A DNA stretch of 64,000 nt from an uncultured virus (IMG/VR IMGVR_UViG_2821904334_000002). Lineage: Duplodnaviria > Heunggongvirae > Uroviricota > Caudoviricetes. Below, one piece after another: positions 9,457 through 18,700 of the stretch; within the stretch, counting starts at the first letter, position 1; every line of letters starts with the position of its first letter. A model generated the notes under the pieces. That model was not told the DNA's origin, did not search any database, and was given only the letters and a program-made list of their open reading frames with translations. The DNA lies in IMG/VR virus record IMGVR_UViG_2821904334_000002. One strand, written 5' to 3'. Made by a program: the position numbers and the translations under genes.

Positions 9457-12021
9457 ATGAAAGCATCAAATATAACAAAATTAGCAACTACTGGACTAGT
9501 AGTCTTAGGTGCATTAACGTTTCCATCAAGTTCACTAGCAGAAGTAGGAAACCAAGCTACAAAGAAAATCGAAATGGTACAAGAACAGAAGCAAGAAACT
9601 GTTAAAGCAGGGGAAGTAACACAAAAAGATTTATTACAATTACAAGATTACTTAAAACAGCAAGGAAAGTTATTTGCTGACGAAGATAAATTAAAGGAAC
9701 AACAAAATAAAGAGAAAGACAGTACGGTTGAAAATAAAGAGTTAGAAAATAAATTCGTAGAGTTACAAACAAAGCAAGATAAACTAGCAAAAGAGATTCA
9801 AACGTTTAAAGAAAGTATCAAATATCCTTCTGAAACAACAGGGGTAGAAAAGAAAGATGAAAACAAGGTTGTAACAGAGCAAGATGTAGAAAAAGAGTAT
9901 GTAAAGAAACGTGAAGACAATAAGAAAGAAGTGAAGGAAGTAGAAAGCAAGTTACAAGAGTTAAAAGTAAAAGAAGAACAGCAGAAGAAAGAAACTGAAC
10001 TTAAAGCAAAACAGGAAGCTGAGTTAAAGGCAAAACAAGAAGCGGAACTGAAAGCAAAGGAAGAAGCGGATTCAAAAGCAAAAGTAGAAGCTGAAACGAA
10101 AGCGAAAGAAGAAGCAGACGCTAAAGTGAAGAAGGAAGCCGAAGATAAAGCGAAGTTAGATGCTGAAATGAAGGCAAAACAAGAAGCTGAACTGAAAGAA
10201 AAGCAAGATAAGGAAGCAAAAGAAAAAGTAGAAGCTGAAACAAAAGCGAAAGCAGATGCAGAGTTAAAAGCAAAAGAAGAGTCTGAATTAAAAGCAAAAC
10301 AAGAAGCTGAATTAAAAGCGAAAAAGGAAGCAGAACTAAAAGCGAAATCAGTTGCACCTCAATTAGCATCATCACAAGCATCAGACCGACCAGTAATTAA
10401 ACGTATTAAAATTGATAAAAACTTCTTCACATACCATGAACCATCATTATCATCAGGTATTTCATGTGAGTATGCACCACAAACTGTTAATGTAGTAGAA
10501 GAAGGTAAAGACGGTTGGATTAAAATCAAAACATACTTTGGCGATAAATGGATGTTAATTGAGCAAAACAAGAAAGTTAAAATTGATAGAATATTCTACA
10601 CATACAATGAACCTTCATTATCATCAGGTATCTCATCAGGATTCGCACCACAAACAGTTAACGTGGTAGAAGAACGTTCTGACGGTTGGATGAAGATTAA
10701 AACATACTTCGGTGAAAAGTGGATGTTAAAAGAAGATAAGAAACTGCAAATGAATAGCTCTTTCTATACGTATAACGATGCTTCTTTATCATCAGGTATT
10801 TCATCAGGTTATTCACCTCAAACTGTAACTGTAGTGGAAGAAAAAGAAGGTTGGGCAAAAATCAAAACTTATTATGGTGAAAAGTGGATGCCATTAAACC
10901 AAAAGAAAGTATGGATGAATAAAAACTTCTATATTTACAATGATGCTTCTTTATCATCAGGTATCGCAAGTGAATGTGGAGCGCAACCAGTAGGTGTAAT
11001 TGAAGAACGAGCAGATGGTTGGATTAAAATTGATACATGGTTAGGTCATAAATGGGTTAAGACTACTGAGAAGAAAGTAAACATGACTAAAAACTTCTAT
11101 CTATATAATGACTCAAACTATGCATCAGGTATTTCTTCTGAATGTGCGCCACAACCAGTTGGGGTAATTGAAGAACGTGCAGGTGGTTGGATTAAGATTG
11201 GTACTTGGTTAGGTGAGAAATGGGTAAACACAGTTCAAAACGAAGCGAAACATGAAAACATCTATTTCGATAAAGTATTCTTTGCATATGATAGCCCTAA
11301 CTTCTCTTCAAACGTTGCAGGTAAATTCGCACCACAATCAGTAGAAGTAAAAGAAAAACGTGGTGACTGGTTACGTATTGGAACTGGTTTAGGTGACAAA
11401 TGGGTAAACAAAGGTACACTAACAAACAGTTCTGTAATGTTAGACGTACCACATTACTATCAATACCCTTCATTATACAATGGTTGTGAAGTAGTTTCAT
11501 TACAAATGTTAGTAGAATATCATACGGGACAAAGATTTAACATGGTAAACTTTGCAATGCAAATGCCAATGGATACTACACCAATGGTTAAGCAAGGTGG
11601 ACGTTACAAAACTTGGGGAGACCCAGATGTTGGTTTCGTAGGTGATGTTACAGGTAAGAGACCAGGATTCTCTATCAACCCAGCACCGTTAAAACGTCTT
11701 TTAGACCAATATGCTAAAGGAACAAACCTTACAGGTCAAAGCTTCTCTGTATTAGAAAACTATGTTCGTAATGGTAAACCAGTAGTAGCTTGGGTAACGG
11801 AAGGATTAACAACTCCAAATAGTTCTGTTACATGGAAAACTCCAAGTGGTAAAACAATTTATGCGAAATTCAATACTCATGCAGTTACAATCACAGGGGT
11901 AGACGGTAATAATGTTTACTATAATGACCCTGTAACTGGTCAGAAGAATGCAAGAGCATCTAAATCTCACTTTGAAAACATCTACAATCAAATGGGACAA
12001 AAAGCATTGAGCATTAACTAA
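9457..12021 (+). CDS. secreted surface protein: coiled-coil stalk, six SH3-like repeats, C-terminal C39-like peptidase
   Basis: signal peptide ending SSLA; KAKQEAEL repeats; six ~57-aa repeats GWxKIxTxxGxKW; LDVPHYYQYPSLYNGCEVVSL...H...YYNDP C39-type motifs. Confidence 0.85.
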   Translation: MKASNITKLATTGLVVLGALTFPSSSLAEVGNQATKKIEMVQEQKQETVKAGEVTQKDLLQLQDYLKQQGKLFADEDKLKEQQNKEKDSTVENKELENKFVELQTKQDKLAKEIQTFKESIKYPSETTGVEKKDENKVVTEQDVEKEYVKKREDNKKEVKEVESKLQELKVKEEQQKKETELKAKQEAELKAKQEAELKAKEEADSKAKVEAETKAKEEADAKVKKEAEDKAKLDAEMKAKQEAELKEKQDKEAKEKVEAETKAKADAELKAKEESELKAKQEAELKAKKEAELKAKSVAPQLASSQASDRPVIKRIKIDKNFFTYHEPSLSSGISCEYAPQTVNVVEEGKDGWIKIKTYFGDKWMLIEQNKKVKIDRIFYTYNEPSLSSGISSGFAPQTVNVVEERSDGWMKIKTYFGEKWMLKEDKKLQMNSSFYTYNDASLSSGISSGYSPQTVTVVEEKEGWAKIKTYYGEKWMPLNQKKVWMNKNFYIYNDASLSSGIASECGAQPVGVIEERADGWIKIDTWLGHKWVKTTEKKVNMTKNFYLYNDSNYASGISSECAPQPVGVIEERAGGWIKIGTWLGEKWVNTVQNEAKHENIYFDKVFFAYDSPNFSSNVAGKFAPQSVEVKEKRGDWLRIGTGLGDKWVNKGTLTNSSVMLDVPHYYQYPSLYNGCEVVSLQMLVEYHTGQRFNMVNFAMQMPMDTTPMVKQGGRYKTWGDPDVGFVGDVTGKRPGFSINPAPLKRLLDQYAKGTNLTGQSFSVLENYVRNGKPVVAWVTEGLTTPNSSVTWKTPSGKTIYAKFNTHAVTITGVDGNNVYYNDPVTGQKNARASKSHFENIYNQMGQKALSIN
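9990..10345 (+). repeat. 8-aa coding tandem repeats, (A/E)ELKAK(Q/E)E type
   Basis: ~24-nt periodic AAAGCAAAACAAGAAGCTGAA-like units inside the CDS. Confidence 0.75.
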
Positions 12022-12032
12022 GGTAAATAGGA

Positions 12033-12066
12033 GAGTCTTAGACATAATAGTCTAAGGCTTTTTTTT
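12033..12066 (+). terminator. intrinsic terminator
   Basis: AGTCTTAGAC...GTCTAAGGCT followed by a long T-run. Confidence 0.8.
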
Positions 12067-12082
12067 ATTTGTGTAACTATAT

Positions 12083-12111
12083 TTGACAAATAAAGAAACT
12101 TATGGTATAAT
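12083..12111 (+). promoter_or_regulatory. sigma-A promoter, repeated family
   Basis: TTGACAAATAAAGAAACTTATGGTATAAT. Confidence 0.85.
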
Positions 12112-12152
12112 AGTATTATAAGTAAAAGAGATACTTTAAAAGGGAAGAGGTA

Positions 12153-12482
12153 ATGAGAATGAGTAAAGTAGTAATGCCAAAACGAGTAAGTTTAATGGAA
12201 GCAATGGAGTTAGCAGAGAAAAACAATATGTGGCGTGGAAATATGGCTATGATTGTAGATGGAGAACCTACAGAGCATACATTTATCGTAATTCATGCGT
12301 TACCTTATGTAGAGGAAACTAAGTTTGTTGTTACAATGGAACGTGATTTAAGTGTATTAACAGAAGTAAATAAACGATTTGGTGAAGTTGAACAGCCTTT
12401 AGACCAGATAATCTACACATTAGAACAATTTACAGAACAATTTACAGGGAATGAATCAGACAATTTTGAGTTATTTGCTTAA
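12153..12482 (+). CDS. hypothetical protein, WxG paralog family A
   Basis: VSLMEAMELAEKNNMWRGNM motif shared with the five downstream ORFs. Confidence 0.8.
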   Translation: MRMSKVVMPKRVSLMEAMELAEKNNMWRGNMAMIVDGEPTEHTFIVIHALPYVEETKFVVTMERDLSVLTEVNKRFGEVEQPLDQIIYTLEQFTEQFTGNESDNFELFA

Positions 12483-12516
12483 AGTATAAGAATAAAGGAA
12501 GGTAGGTTGTAAACAT

Positions 12517-12852
12517 ATGAAAACACCTATTCAATTTAAAGAGGTTTCACTAGAGCATGTAAAACAAGTAGCGAAACAAGATTTTCAGTGGCGTGGGGAT
12601 ATTTCGATTCAGTCAGACAATCCAGTACATTGTAAAAACTATTTTGTCGTTGTCCATCATGTAGAGTTAGATGGGAAAGACCACTATATTTGTACATTCA
12701 GCTACGATATTCTTGGTTTAGAGTACATTCATGATGAAAACGAACAGGATTACGATGATAGAACAAGATTCTTAAAACCATTAGACGTAGTACATAACTG
12801 GTATACATCAGAGCCATATACAGGTTATAAGTTTATAGAACGAAGTAAGTAA
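12517..12852 (+). CDS. hypothetical protein, WxG paralog family A
   Basis: VSLEHVKQVAKQDFQWRGDI. Confidence 0.8.
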   Translation: MKTPIQFKEVSLEHVKQVAKQDFQWRGDISIQSDNPVHCKNYFVVVHHVELDGKDHYICTFSYDILGLEYIHDENEQDYDDRTRFLKPLDVVHNWYTSEPYTGYKFIERSK

Positions 12853-12878
12853 TCTACATTCAGAAAGGGGTATATGTC

Positions 12879-13160
12879 ATGGAAACAAGAGGGAAAGAGT
12901 TAACCGTTGCAGACGTAAAAGCCTTAGCAAAGAATCAGGAGAAGTGGGAAGGTAAACTACGTTTAAACCATACATGGGAAAAGTATGCTGAGAAAGAACT
13001 GATTGAAACAACTGTATCTATTGCACCTGTTAAAACGTTTACTGGAACACAATACATCATGTTTAATTTTCAAGGAGATAAAATGAGAGAATTAGACTGG
13101 TTTATCAGAGATAATAAGGAACTAGGTATTGAGGTTACATTTTATGAGTTAAAACGATAA
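12879..13160 (+). CDS. hypothetical protein, WxG paralog family A
   Basis: LTVADVKALAKNQEKWEGKL. Confidence 0.8.
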   Translation: METRGKELTVADVKALAKNQEKWEGKLRLNHTWEKYAEKELIETTVSIAPVKTFTGTQYIMFNFQGDKMRELDWFIRDNKELGIEVTFYELKR

Positions 13161-13173
13161 AGGGGTAGATTGT

Positions 13174-13440
13174 ATGTCAGGTCAAGTAGTTACGCAACAA
13201 GACGTGAAGAACTATGCAAGAACACATGGTAAATGGTTTGGAACACTCATTTCACAACCTATGTATAATGGGCAAGCGATGGGTGTTCCAACCCTAGCTA
13301 GGGCTTCTGTAGTACGTATCAACACAATTAGAGGGTTTGGATATGTAGTAGTAGGTACAGACAAGGAAATTATCGGTGAGTTGGGTTGGTTTGTATCACA
13401 AAACGAAAAAGAAGGTCATAAGATTTCTTTCACATCTTAG
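13174..13440 (+). CDS. hypothetical protein, WxG paralog family A
   Basis: VTQQDVKNYARTHGKWFGTL. Confidence 0.8.
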   Translation: MSGQVVTQQDVKNYARTHGKWFGTLISQPMYNGQAMGVPTLARASVVRINTIRGFGYVVVGTDKEIIGELGWFVSQNEKEGHKISFTS

Positions 13441-13486
13441 ATAAACAGAATAGTGAATAAAATCTATCATAAAGGGGTATGAAACG

Positions 13487-13744
13487 ATGTCAAATGTTGC
13501 TACCAAATCAAAGGAAAAGACGTTAGAAAGTATCTTAGACACAAAAGGTGTGTGGAAAGGTAAGTTAGTTTTCTTTAACCATATTGGAGTAATCACGAGT
13601 CGAAAGAAAGCAATTATCAGACAAGTACAAACACCTACAGATATAGTTCGAACGATTAAATTTGAGGGTTCAGGTGCGATACAAGATTTAGACTTATTCC
13701 TAGCTACATTAGAACAGGAAGGAATGACGGTTCATTTAATGTAG
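13487..13744 (+). CDS. hypothetical protein, WxG paralog family A
   Basis: TLESILDTKGVWKGKL. Confidence 0.75.
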   Translation: MSNVATKSKEKTLESILDTKGVWKGKLVFFNHIGVITSRKKAIIRQVQTPTDIVRTIKFEGSGAIQDLDLFLATLEQEGMTVHLM

Positions 13745-13769
13745 TGAAACAGAAAGGACTGTAACAAAC

Positions 13770-14027
13770 ATGGGTGATTATTTAACACTAGCACATATCG
13801 CAGGTGGTTTAAGCGTTACAAAGAAGTGGATGGGTAGAATGATACTAGTAAACCGTTGGGGTGCTATCAACTCTTATAACGTTGTAATTGAAGTAAAGGA
13901 TACAGACGAAGGAGAAAAGTCTACAATTTATTTAGTGGAAAGAGAACTAACATTAGACTTTAATGAGTATGTAAAGAGTAACCATAAAGACGGATGGGTA
14001 TTTCATTTTCTAGACCCAAACGATTAA
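13770..14027 (+). CDS. hypothetical protein, WxG paralog family A
   Basis: LTLAHIAGGLSVTKKWMGRM. Confidence 0.75.
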   Translation: MGDYLTLAHIAGGLSVTKKWMGRMILVNRWGAINSYNVVIEVKDTDEGEKSTIYLVERELTLDFNEYVKSNHKDGWVFHFLDPND

Positions 14028-14073
14028 ACATATTGTAAATAAGCCTAAATTCCAAAATAAACGGTAAAGAATC

Positions 14074-14106
14074 AGACTAGACCATTGTGGTTTAGTCTTT
14101 CTTTTT
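14074..14106 (+). terminator. intrinsic terminator
   Basis: AGACTAGACCA...TGGTTTAGTCT followed by a T-run. Confidence 0.75.
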
Positions 14107-14238
14107 GTTATTTTCAAGCTAACTTGGATAAGAAGAATAGAAGTATTCAACTTTGTTGAGTCAATCTAAGAAAACAGGTAAATTAGAAACCAAACTTGTT
14201 ATATCTAGGTGTGAACACCTTCGAGGGGTAGATATGAC

Positions 14239-14267
14239 TTGACAAATCAGTGATTTTATGTTATAAT
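14239..14267 (+). promoter_or_regulatory. sigma-A promoter, repeated family
   Basis: TTGACAAATCAGTGATTTTATGTTATAAT. Confidence 0.85.
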
Positions 14268-14321
14268 ATAAGTAAGTTAAACGTTATAGAGATTTCAATA
14301 AACAATGTAGGGGTGTAAAAC

Positions 14322-15059
14322 ATGGCAAAGAGAAAAGACACAAAACAGTCCCACTTTTGTAAAGTTTGTGGAGAACAATGGTGGATTGAGTATAACGAGA
14401 AAGATTACAAGAAGTTTACTGAGAAGGGTAAACCGATTGATGAAGTCATGCCTTATTTAACAGATACAGAGAGTCATTTAATAGAGCATAAGACTTGTAC
14501 ATCATGTATACCACCTACAATGCCAATGAACTCAACTCCACTTATAAAAGACCTAGAAGATGGAGTCTATCAAGTACAAAGTAATGCTTTTGGTGGGGTA
14601 AGGATAGAGAAACAAGGTGAGTGGATACATACGATACTAGAAGGAAAAGGAAACAAAGGTTTCTTCTCATATAATTTAGATGCTACGATTGGTGGTCTTA
14701 GATTAAAAGGAGACTACAAAGGTTCAATAGCAGAGAGTCAAATACGTCTTGAACATATGGCTTCTCTTACACAAGTTGTATACAAAAACTTATTCATGCA
14801 TGATTATATTCCTTCAAACTTCAAAGGAATTGCGTATTATGGTTTAAAAGAGCATAAAGACGTACAACCGTCCACACCTGAGGGGTTAGATTTATCAAGT
14901 AGACCAGATAATGAATATATGGTATTAATGAATGCTACAGAAGAACGTGGTTTATATAAAGAAAAGATAAAGGCTGAAAGTGAAGAACAGTTAAAAATGG
15001 TAATTGAACAAACTTTAGTTGGTGAACTTGTATCTTACAAACCAACAAAGTATATGTAA
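14322..15059 (+). CDS. modular paralog family B (Z-Y-X), with CxxC..CxxC Zn module
   Basis: CKVCG...CTSC; LIKDLEDGVYQV..KQGEWI; YMVLMN..RGLYKEKI..ELVSYK. Confidence 0.8.
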   Translation: MAKRKDTKQSHFCKVCGEQWWIEYNEKDYKKFTEKGKPIDEVMPYLTDTESHLIEHKTCTSCIPPTMPMNSTPLIKDLEDGVYQVQSNAFGGVRIEKQGEWIHTILEGKGNKGFFSYNLDATIGGLRLKGDYKGSIAESQIRLEHMASLTQVVYKNLFMHDYIPSNFKGIAYYGLKEHKDVQPSTPEGLDLSSRPDNEYMVLMNATEERGLYKEKIKAESEEQLKMVIEQTLVGELVSYKPTKYM

Positions 15060-15087
15060 AACAATAAAATAAGTAGAGGTGTAACAT

Positions 15088-15462
15088 ATGAGATACAAAG
15101 TATTAATGAATGATGCAGAAGACAGAGGTTTATATTCAGAGACTTTATCAGTTACAGATGAGTCTCAATTGAAAAACATGATTCCAAAACTGTTTAAGGG
15201 TGAACTTGTTTCCTATAAACCAATAGAAGAAGGTAAAGATATTACTAGTGATAAGTTAAAACCAATTGTAAAAGAGATTCCAAAAGTAGAAAAGTCAAAA
15301 CCAAGTAGTGGTAGTTCTTCCAGTATCGAGAATGTTCCTTTAAGAAGTAAACCACAAGAAGAATATAAGAGTGCGGAAAGTAAGTATAACGATGCAGTAC
15401 AAGAAGCAAAAGTAGAGATAATGGCAGAAGCACTGAAACAAAGTTTAGGGGAATATGATTGA
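15088..15462 (+). CDS. modular paralog family B (X plus low-complexity tail)
   Basis: YKVLMNDAEDRGLYSE...ELVSYK. Confidence 0.8.
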   Translation: MRYKVLMNDAEDRGLYSETLSVTDESQLKNMIPKLFKGELVSYKPIEEGKDITSDKLKPIVKEIPKVEKSKPSSGSSSSIENVPLRSKPQEEYKSAESKYNDAVQEAKVEIMAEALKQSLGEYD

Positions 15463-15476
15463 TAGAGGGGTAGACG

Positions 15477-16130
15477 ATGAACTATAAAGTATTAATGGAT
15501 GACAAAAATGGTCGTGGATTATACTCTGAAACAGTAGAAGCTTATAGTGAAGACCAAGTGAAGATGGTAGTAGCAGAATTATTACCGGGAAAACTAGTAA
15601 CCTTTAAAGAGATTAAAGATAAAGGAGACATAGTATATTACAAAGGGTTCGAATTGCATATAAATGAGACAAAAGATGTGTACGGAAAACCTAGAGGTGA
15701 CTACTTCACAATCATAAAAGCAGACACAGTAGAAGGAGCAATAGACTATATAAATAAAAAGTATGGTGAAGTTATTAGTATTCATCGAAATGTACTATTT
15801 GTAGATAAAGATACAAGACTAGAGCAACTACATGATGGACAAGAATATTACATTCAAGTCAAAACAGAATATGAAACTGATGTATTGGAAATTTTTAAAG
15901 AGGGAAATCGAATTTATACAAAAGCAATTGGTGGAGAGTCAGTTAGACCCTTTGAACATTCATTTTTAGTAGAAGAAACTATAAAGGAATTTAATAAACG
16001 TGGTTTCTTTAAAGAATTTAGCTTAAATACACTTACTTTAAAGCACTTAGAAGAATTAAACTTTGAGGTATATAATATGGTTAGTGGATTATCAGAAAGA
16101 CCCGAAGAATTTGATGGAATCGTATTCTAA
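15477..16130 (+). CDS. modular paralog family B (X-X'-Y)
   Basis: YKVLMDD..RGLYSE..KLVTFK; LEQLHDGQEYYI..KEGNRI. Confidence 0.8.
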   Translation: MNYKVLMDDKNGRGLYSETVEAYSEDQVKMVVAELLPGKLVTFKEIKDKGDIVYYKGFELHINETKDVYGKPRGDYFTIIKADTVEGAIDYINKKYGEVISIHRNVLFVDKDTRLEQLHDGQEYYIQVKTEYETDVLEIFKEGNRIYTKAIGGESVRPFEHSFLVEETIKEFNKRGFFKEFSLNTLTLKHLEELNFEVYNMVSGLSERPEEFDGIVF

Positions 16131-16138
16131 AGGGTAGT

Positions 16139-16173
16139 GAGACGTTTGTCCTAAAGGCAAGCGTTTTTCTTTT
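16139..16173 (+). terminator. intrinsic terminator, near-duplicate of 16871-16904
   Basis: GACGTTTGTC...GGCAAGCGTT followed by a T-run. Confidence 0.7.
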
Positions 16174-16186
16174 ATAGTAACATACA

Positions 16187-16215
16187 TTGACAAATAGAAA
16201 ACTTTATGGTATAAT
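16187..16215 (+). promoter_or_regulatory. sigma-A promoter, repeated family
   Basis: TTGACAAATAGAAAACTTTATGGTATAAT. Confidence 0.85.
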
Positions 16216-16245
16216 ATAAGTATATTAAATAAGGAGTGATACGTA

Positions 16246-16854
16246 ATGACATCAAATACAATTGAAAACAAGCATGTTACTATTTCAGACTTAAAAGAAG
16301 GTGTAGAGTTTTATCCGTTAAGAGAATTCCATAAAACAGGTAGACAGGTAACCGTACAAAGAGAAGGTATTTATGCAATCGTGTCTGATTTAAATGAAGA
16401 TGGAGCAGTACTTAGAAAACGTATGATAAACATGCATAAACTAGTTGATAAGTTAAAGAGTATTGATATTATAGAAGAGTTATTATTTGAATTTGAACCA
16501 AACATGGAACAGTTCCTAGAACTAGATTGGTTGATATCACATGAAGTAACATCAAACGGTACTGTTATTCCTGAGTGGCAAGGTATTGTATACAGTCTAG
16601 AGCCTATAAAAGATAGTCATGTAGGTGTAGTAGAAACATTTGAAGATACAGAAACAGAAGTAGTCGTTAAGATTTGTTCTACATGCGGAAAAGAAAAGAA
16701 ATTTACAGTATCGTCTAGAGCATTAAAAGACTGGGAAAACGGTCAATTAATTCAAAGAGCATTTCCAAACATGGAAGCACCTGATAGAGAACTATTTAGA
16801 GGTGGCATGTGTGGGGATTGTTGGAATCGTATGTTTCCAGTAGAAGAAGAGTAA
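16246..16854 (+). CDS. modular paralog family B (Y-Z), C-terminal Zn module
   Basis: ISDLKEGVEFY..; CSTCGKE...GMCGDCW. Confidence 0.8.
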   Translation: MTSNTIENKHVTISDLKEGVEFYPLREFHKTGRQVTVQREGIYAIVSDLNEDGAVLRKRMINMHKLVDKLKSIDIIEELLFEFEPNMEQFLELDWLISHEVTSNGTVIPEWQGIVYSLEPIKDSHVGVVETFEDTETEVVVKICSTCGKEKKFTVSSRALKDWENGQLIQRAFPNMEAPDRELFRGGMCGDCWNRMFPVEEE

Positions 16855-16870
16855 GCCATCAAGGGGTAGT

Positions 16871-16904
16871 GAAACGTTTGTCAAAAGGCAAGCGTTTTTC
16901 TTTT
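16871..16904 (+). terminator. intrinsic terminator
   Basis: AAACGTTTGTC...GGCAAGCGTTT followed by a T-run. Confidence 0.7.
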
Positions 16905-17037
16905 GCCTTAAAACAGATAGGTTTCGAGACCGTGATTTTATTCTATTTAAAACCATTAGTGAGTGTTAAAATTAAACCTCCAACGGGAAACTCCTAATCC
17001 CAACTGAGTAATCGGAATAAGTGGTAAAACAAGGTAC

Positions 17038-17066
17038 TTGACAAAATCGTGATTTTATGGTATAAT
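17038..17066 (+). promoter_or_regulatory. sigma-A promoter, repeated family
   Basis: TTGACAAAATCGTGATTTTATGGTATAAT. Confidence 0.85.
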
Positions 17067-17175
17067 GAAAGTACTTAGTAAGGAATACAGTACCTAAATA
17101 GTATAAGTTAAAAGGGTTACGTATTGTATAAACTTACTGAAAGAAAGTAACTAGAACTATTAAGGAGTGTTAAAC

Positions 17176-17670
17176 ATGAGTACTGAAACAGTAGTAGCAT
17201 TTAAAACTCTAATCGAAGGTAAAAACGGAATTTATACAGAGCATATAGAAGCATCTACAGAAGAAAAACTTCATGAAATCTTTAATAAATATTATGCAAA
17301 CTCTAAATTAGTATCATTTAAACAAAAAGAAATGGTTTCAAAGAAAATGAAATTATTAAACATGATAGATGGTCAAGAATATGAAGCAACTTCTCATTCA
17401 GACCACTCAAATGATATTGTTATCTTCCGTAAAGAAGGAGATTGGATTTATTCCACTATTCGAGGTGGAGAGTTCATAACTGATGTGAAGCATAGATACA
17501 AGCTAGTAGAAATTGTAAACCTACTAGATGATGTAGACGCAATCCCATTTGAAGATATGGATATTGATTATTTAATATATGTAGACTCACAAGTATATGC
17601 AGACGTTCTTATGCCAAAGGAAACAGCTGAGAAGTTCAAGGGTCTTGCAGAAGATTTAACAGAAGAATAA
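17176..17670 (+). CDS. modular paralog family B (X-Y)
   Basis: track start 17167; ATG 17176 follows AAGGAG; strongly similar to the C-terminal half of 17742-18632. Confidence 0.8.
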   Translation: MSTETVVAFKTLIEGKNGIYTEHIEASTEEKLHEIFNKYYANSKLVSFKQKEMVSKKMKLLNMIDGQEYEATSHSDHSNDIVIFRKEGDWIYSTIRGGEFITDVKHRYKLVEIVNLLDDVDAIPFEDMDIDYLIYVDSQVYADVLMPKETAEKFKGLAEDLTEE

Positions 17671-17677
17671 GGGGTAT

Positions 17678-17703
17678 AAGGTGGGAAACCACCTTTTCCT
17701 TTT
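17678..17703 (+). terminator. intrinsic terminator with GAAA loop
   Basis: AAGGTGG-GAAA-CCACCTT followed by a T-rich tail. Confidence 0.75.
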
Positions 17704-17741
17704 GCAAATAATTAGATTACATAACAAACGGAGGTTTTTAC

Positions 17742-18632
17742 ATGCAAGAATTACAAACAAACCCAGAAATGTTCCTAGTGGACTTAGAAGAGAGTGGATA
17801 TTATACAGTAAGTGATGGTTTAACAGAGATTAAGGTAGAAAGACAAGATACTAAATTTAAATTTTCTGAGTTCTATCCCGCAAGTGGTAAAACTTTAGTA
17901 CAAACATTTGATTTAAAGAGATATATACATGTATTAGTAGAAAACGGAAAAATTGAACCTAACGCTCATACAGATTTTCAGTTAAAAGATGTGTATGCTC
18001 TAAGTAGACGTATGTTAACTTATAATGAAGGTACTCATTTCATTAAAAGTAAAACAAACTCTACTTCGGTAGAAAATCGTTGGTTAGATGGTACAGAAAA
18101 GTATGATTATAAAGGTCGTATGGGTGGTGGCGATGGTAGAACTTTAATCGCATTTAAAACTTTAATTAGTAGCCCTAAACATGGTTTATATACAGAGCAT
18201 ATCGAAGCAAATTCAGAAGAGAGACTAAAACAATTATTTCATGATTACTATGATAAAGACTCAAGAATTGTATCATTTAAACAAAAAGAAATGACATCAA
18301 CTACTTTTAAAGTAAAAGACATGGTAGAAGGTAAAGAGTACGAAGTTATTGCTGATTCTGAACATACAAATGATACAATCGCTTTTCGTAAAGAAGGAGA
18401 CTGGATTTTCAGTGAAATTCGTGGCGGTGAGTTCGAAGAACCTTATAGACATTCTTATAAACTATTAGATATTTTAAAAGTGTTATCAGCAAAAGACTAC
18501 ATTGATAAAATTCCATTTGAAGATATGGATATTGAATATTTAATGTGGGTAGACTCTGAGGTTTATAATAACGTTACTGGATATGCAGAACTACCTGAGG
18601 AATACAGAGGAATGGCAGTAGATACTTGGTAA
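17742..18632 (+). CDS. modular paralog family B (Y-X-Y)
   Basis: AFKTLI..GLYTEHIEA..IVSFKQKEM..RKEGDWI..IPFEDMDI. Confidence 0.8.
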   Translation: MQELQTNPEMFLVDLEESGYYTVSDGLTEIKVERQDTKFKFSEFYPASGKTLVQTFDLKRYIHVLVENGKIEPNAHTDFQLKDVYALSRRMLTYNEGTHFIKSKTNSTSVENRWLDGTEKYDYKGRMGGGDGRTLIAFKTLISSPKHGLYTEHIEANSEERLKQLFHDYYDKDSRIVSFKQKEMTSTTFKVKDMVEGKEYEVIADSEHTNDTIAFRKEGDWIFSEIRGGEFEEPYRHSYKLLDILKVLSAKDYIDKIPFEDMDIEYLMWVDSEVYNNVTGYAELPEEYRGMAVDTW

Positions 18633-18639
18633 ATCATTT

Positions 18640-18670
18640 AAGGGGTAGGTAAAACTACTCCTTTTTATTT
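18640..18670 (+). terminator. intrinsic terminator
   Basis: AAGGGGTAG...CTACTCCTT followed by a T-run. Confidence 0.7.
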
Positions 18671-18700
18671 AAACAATTTAATACGAAAGAGGTTATAGAT

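Noticed and set aside
9990..11420. Periodic DNA repeats resembling an array or CRISPR
   Set aside because: They are in-frame coding repeats (coiled coil and SH3-like units) with synonymous variation; no constant repeat/unique spacer structure and no cas genes.
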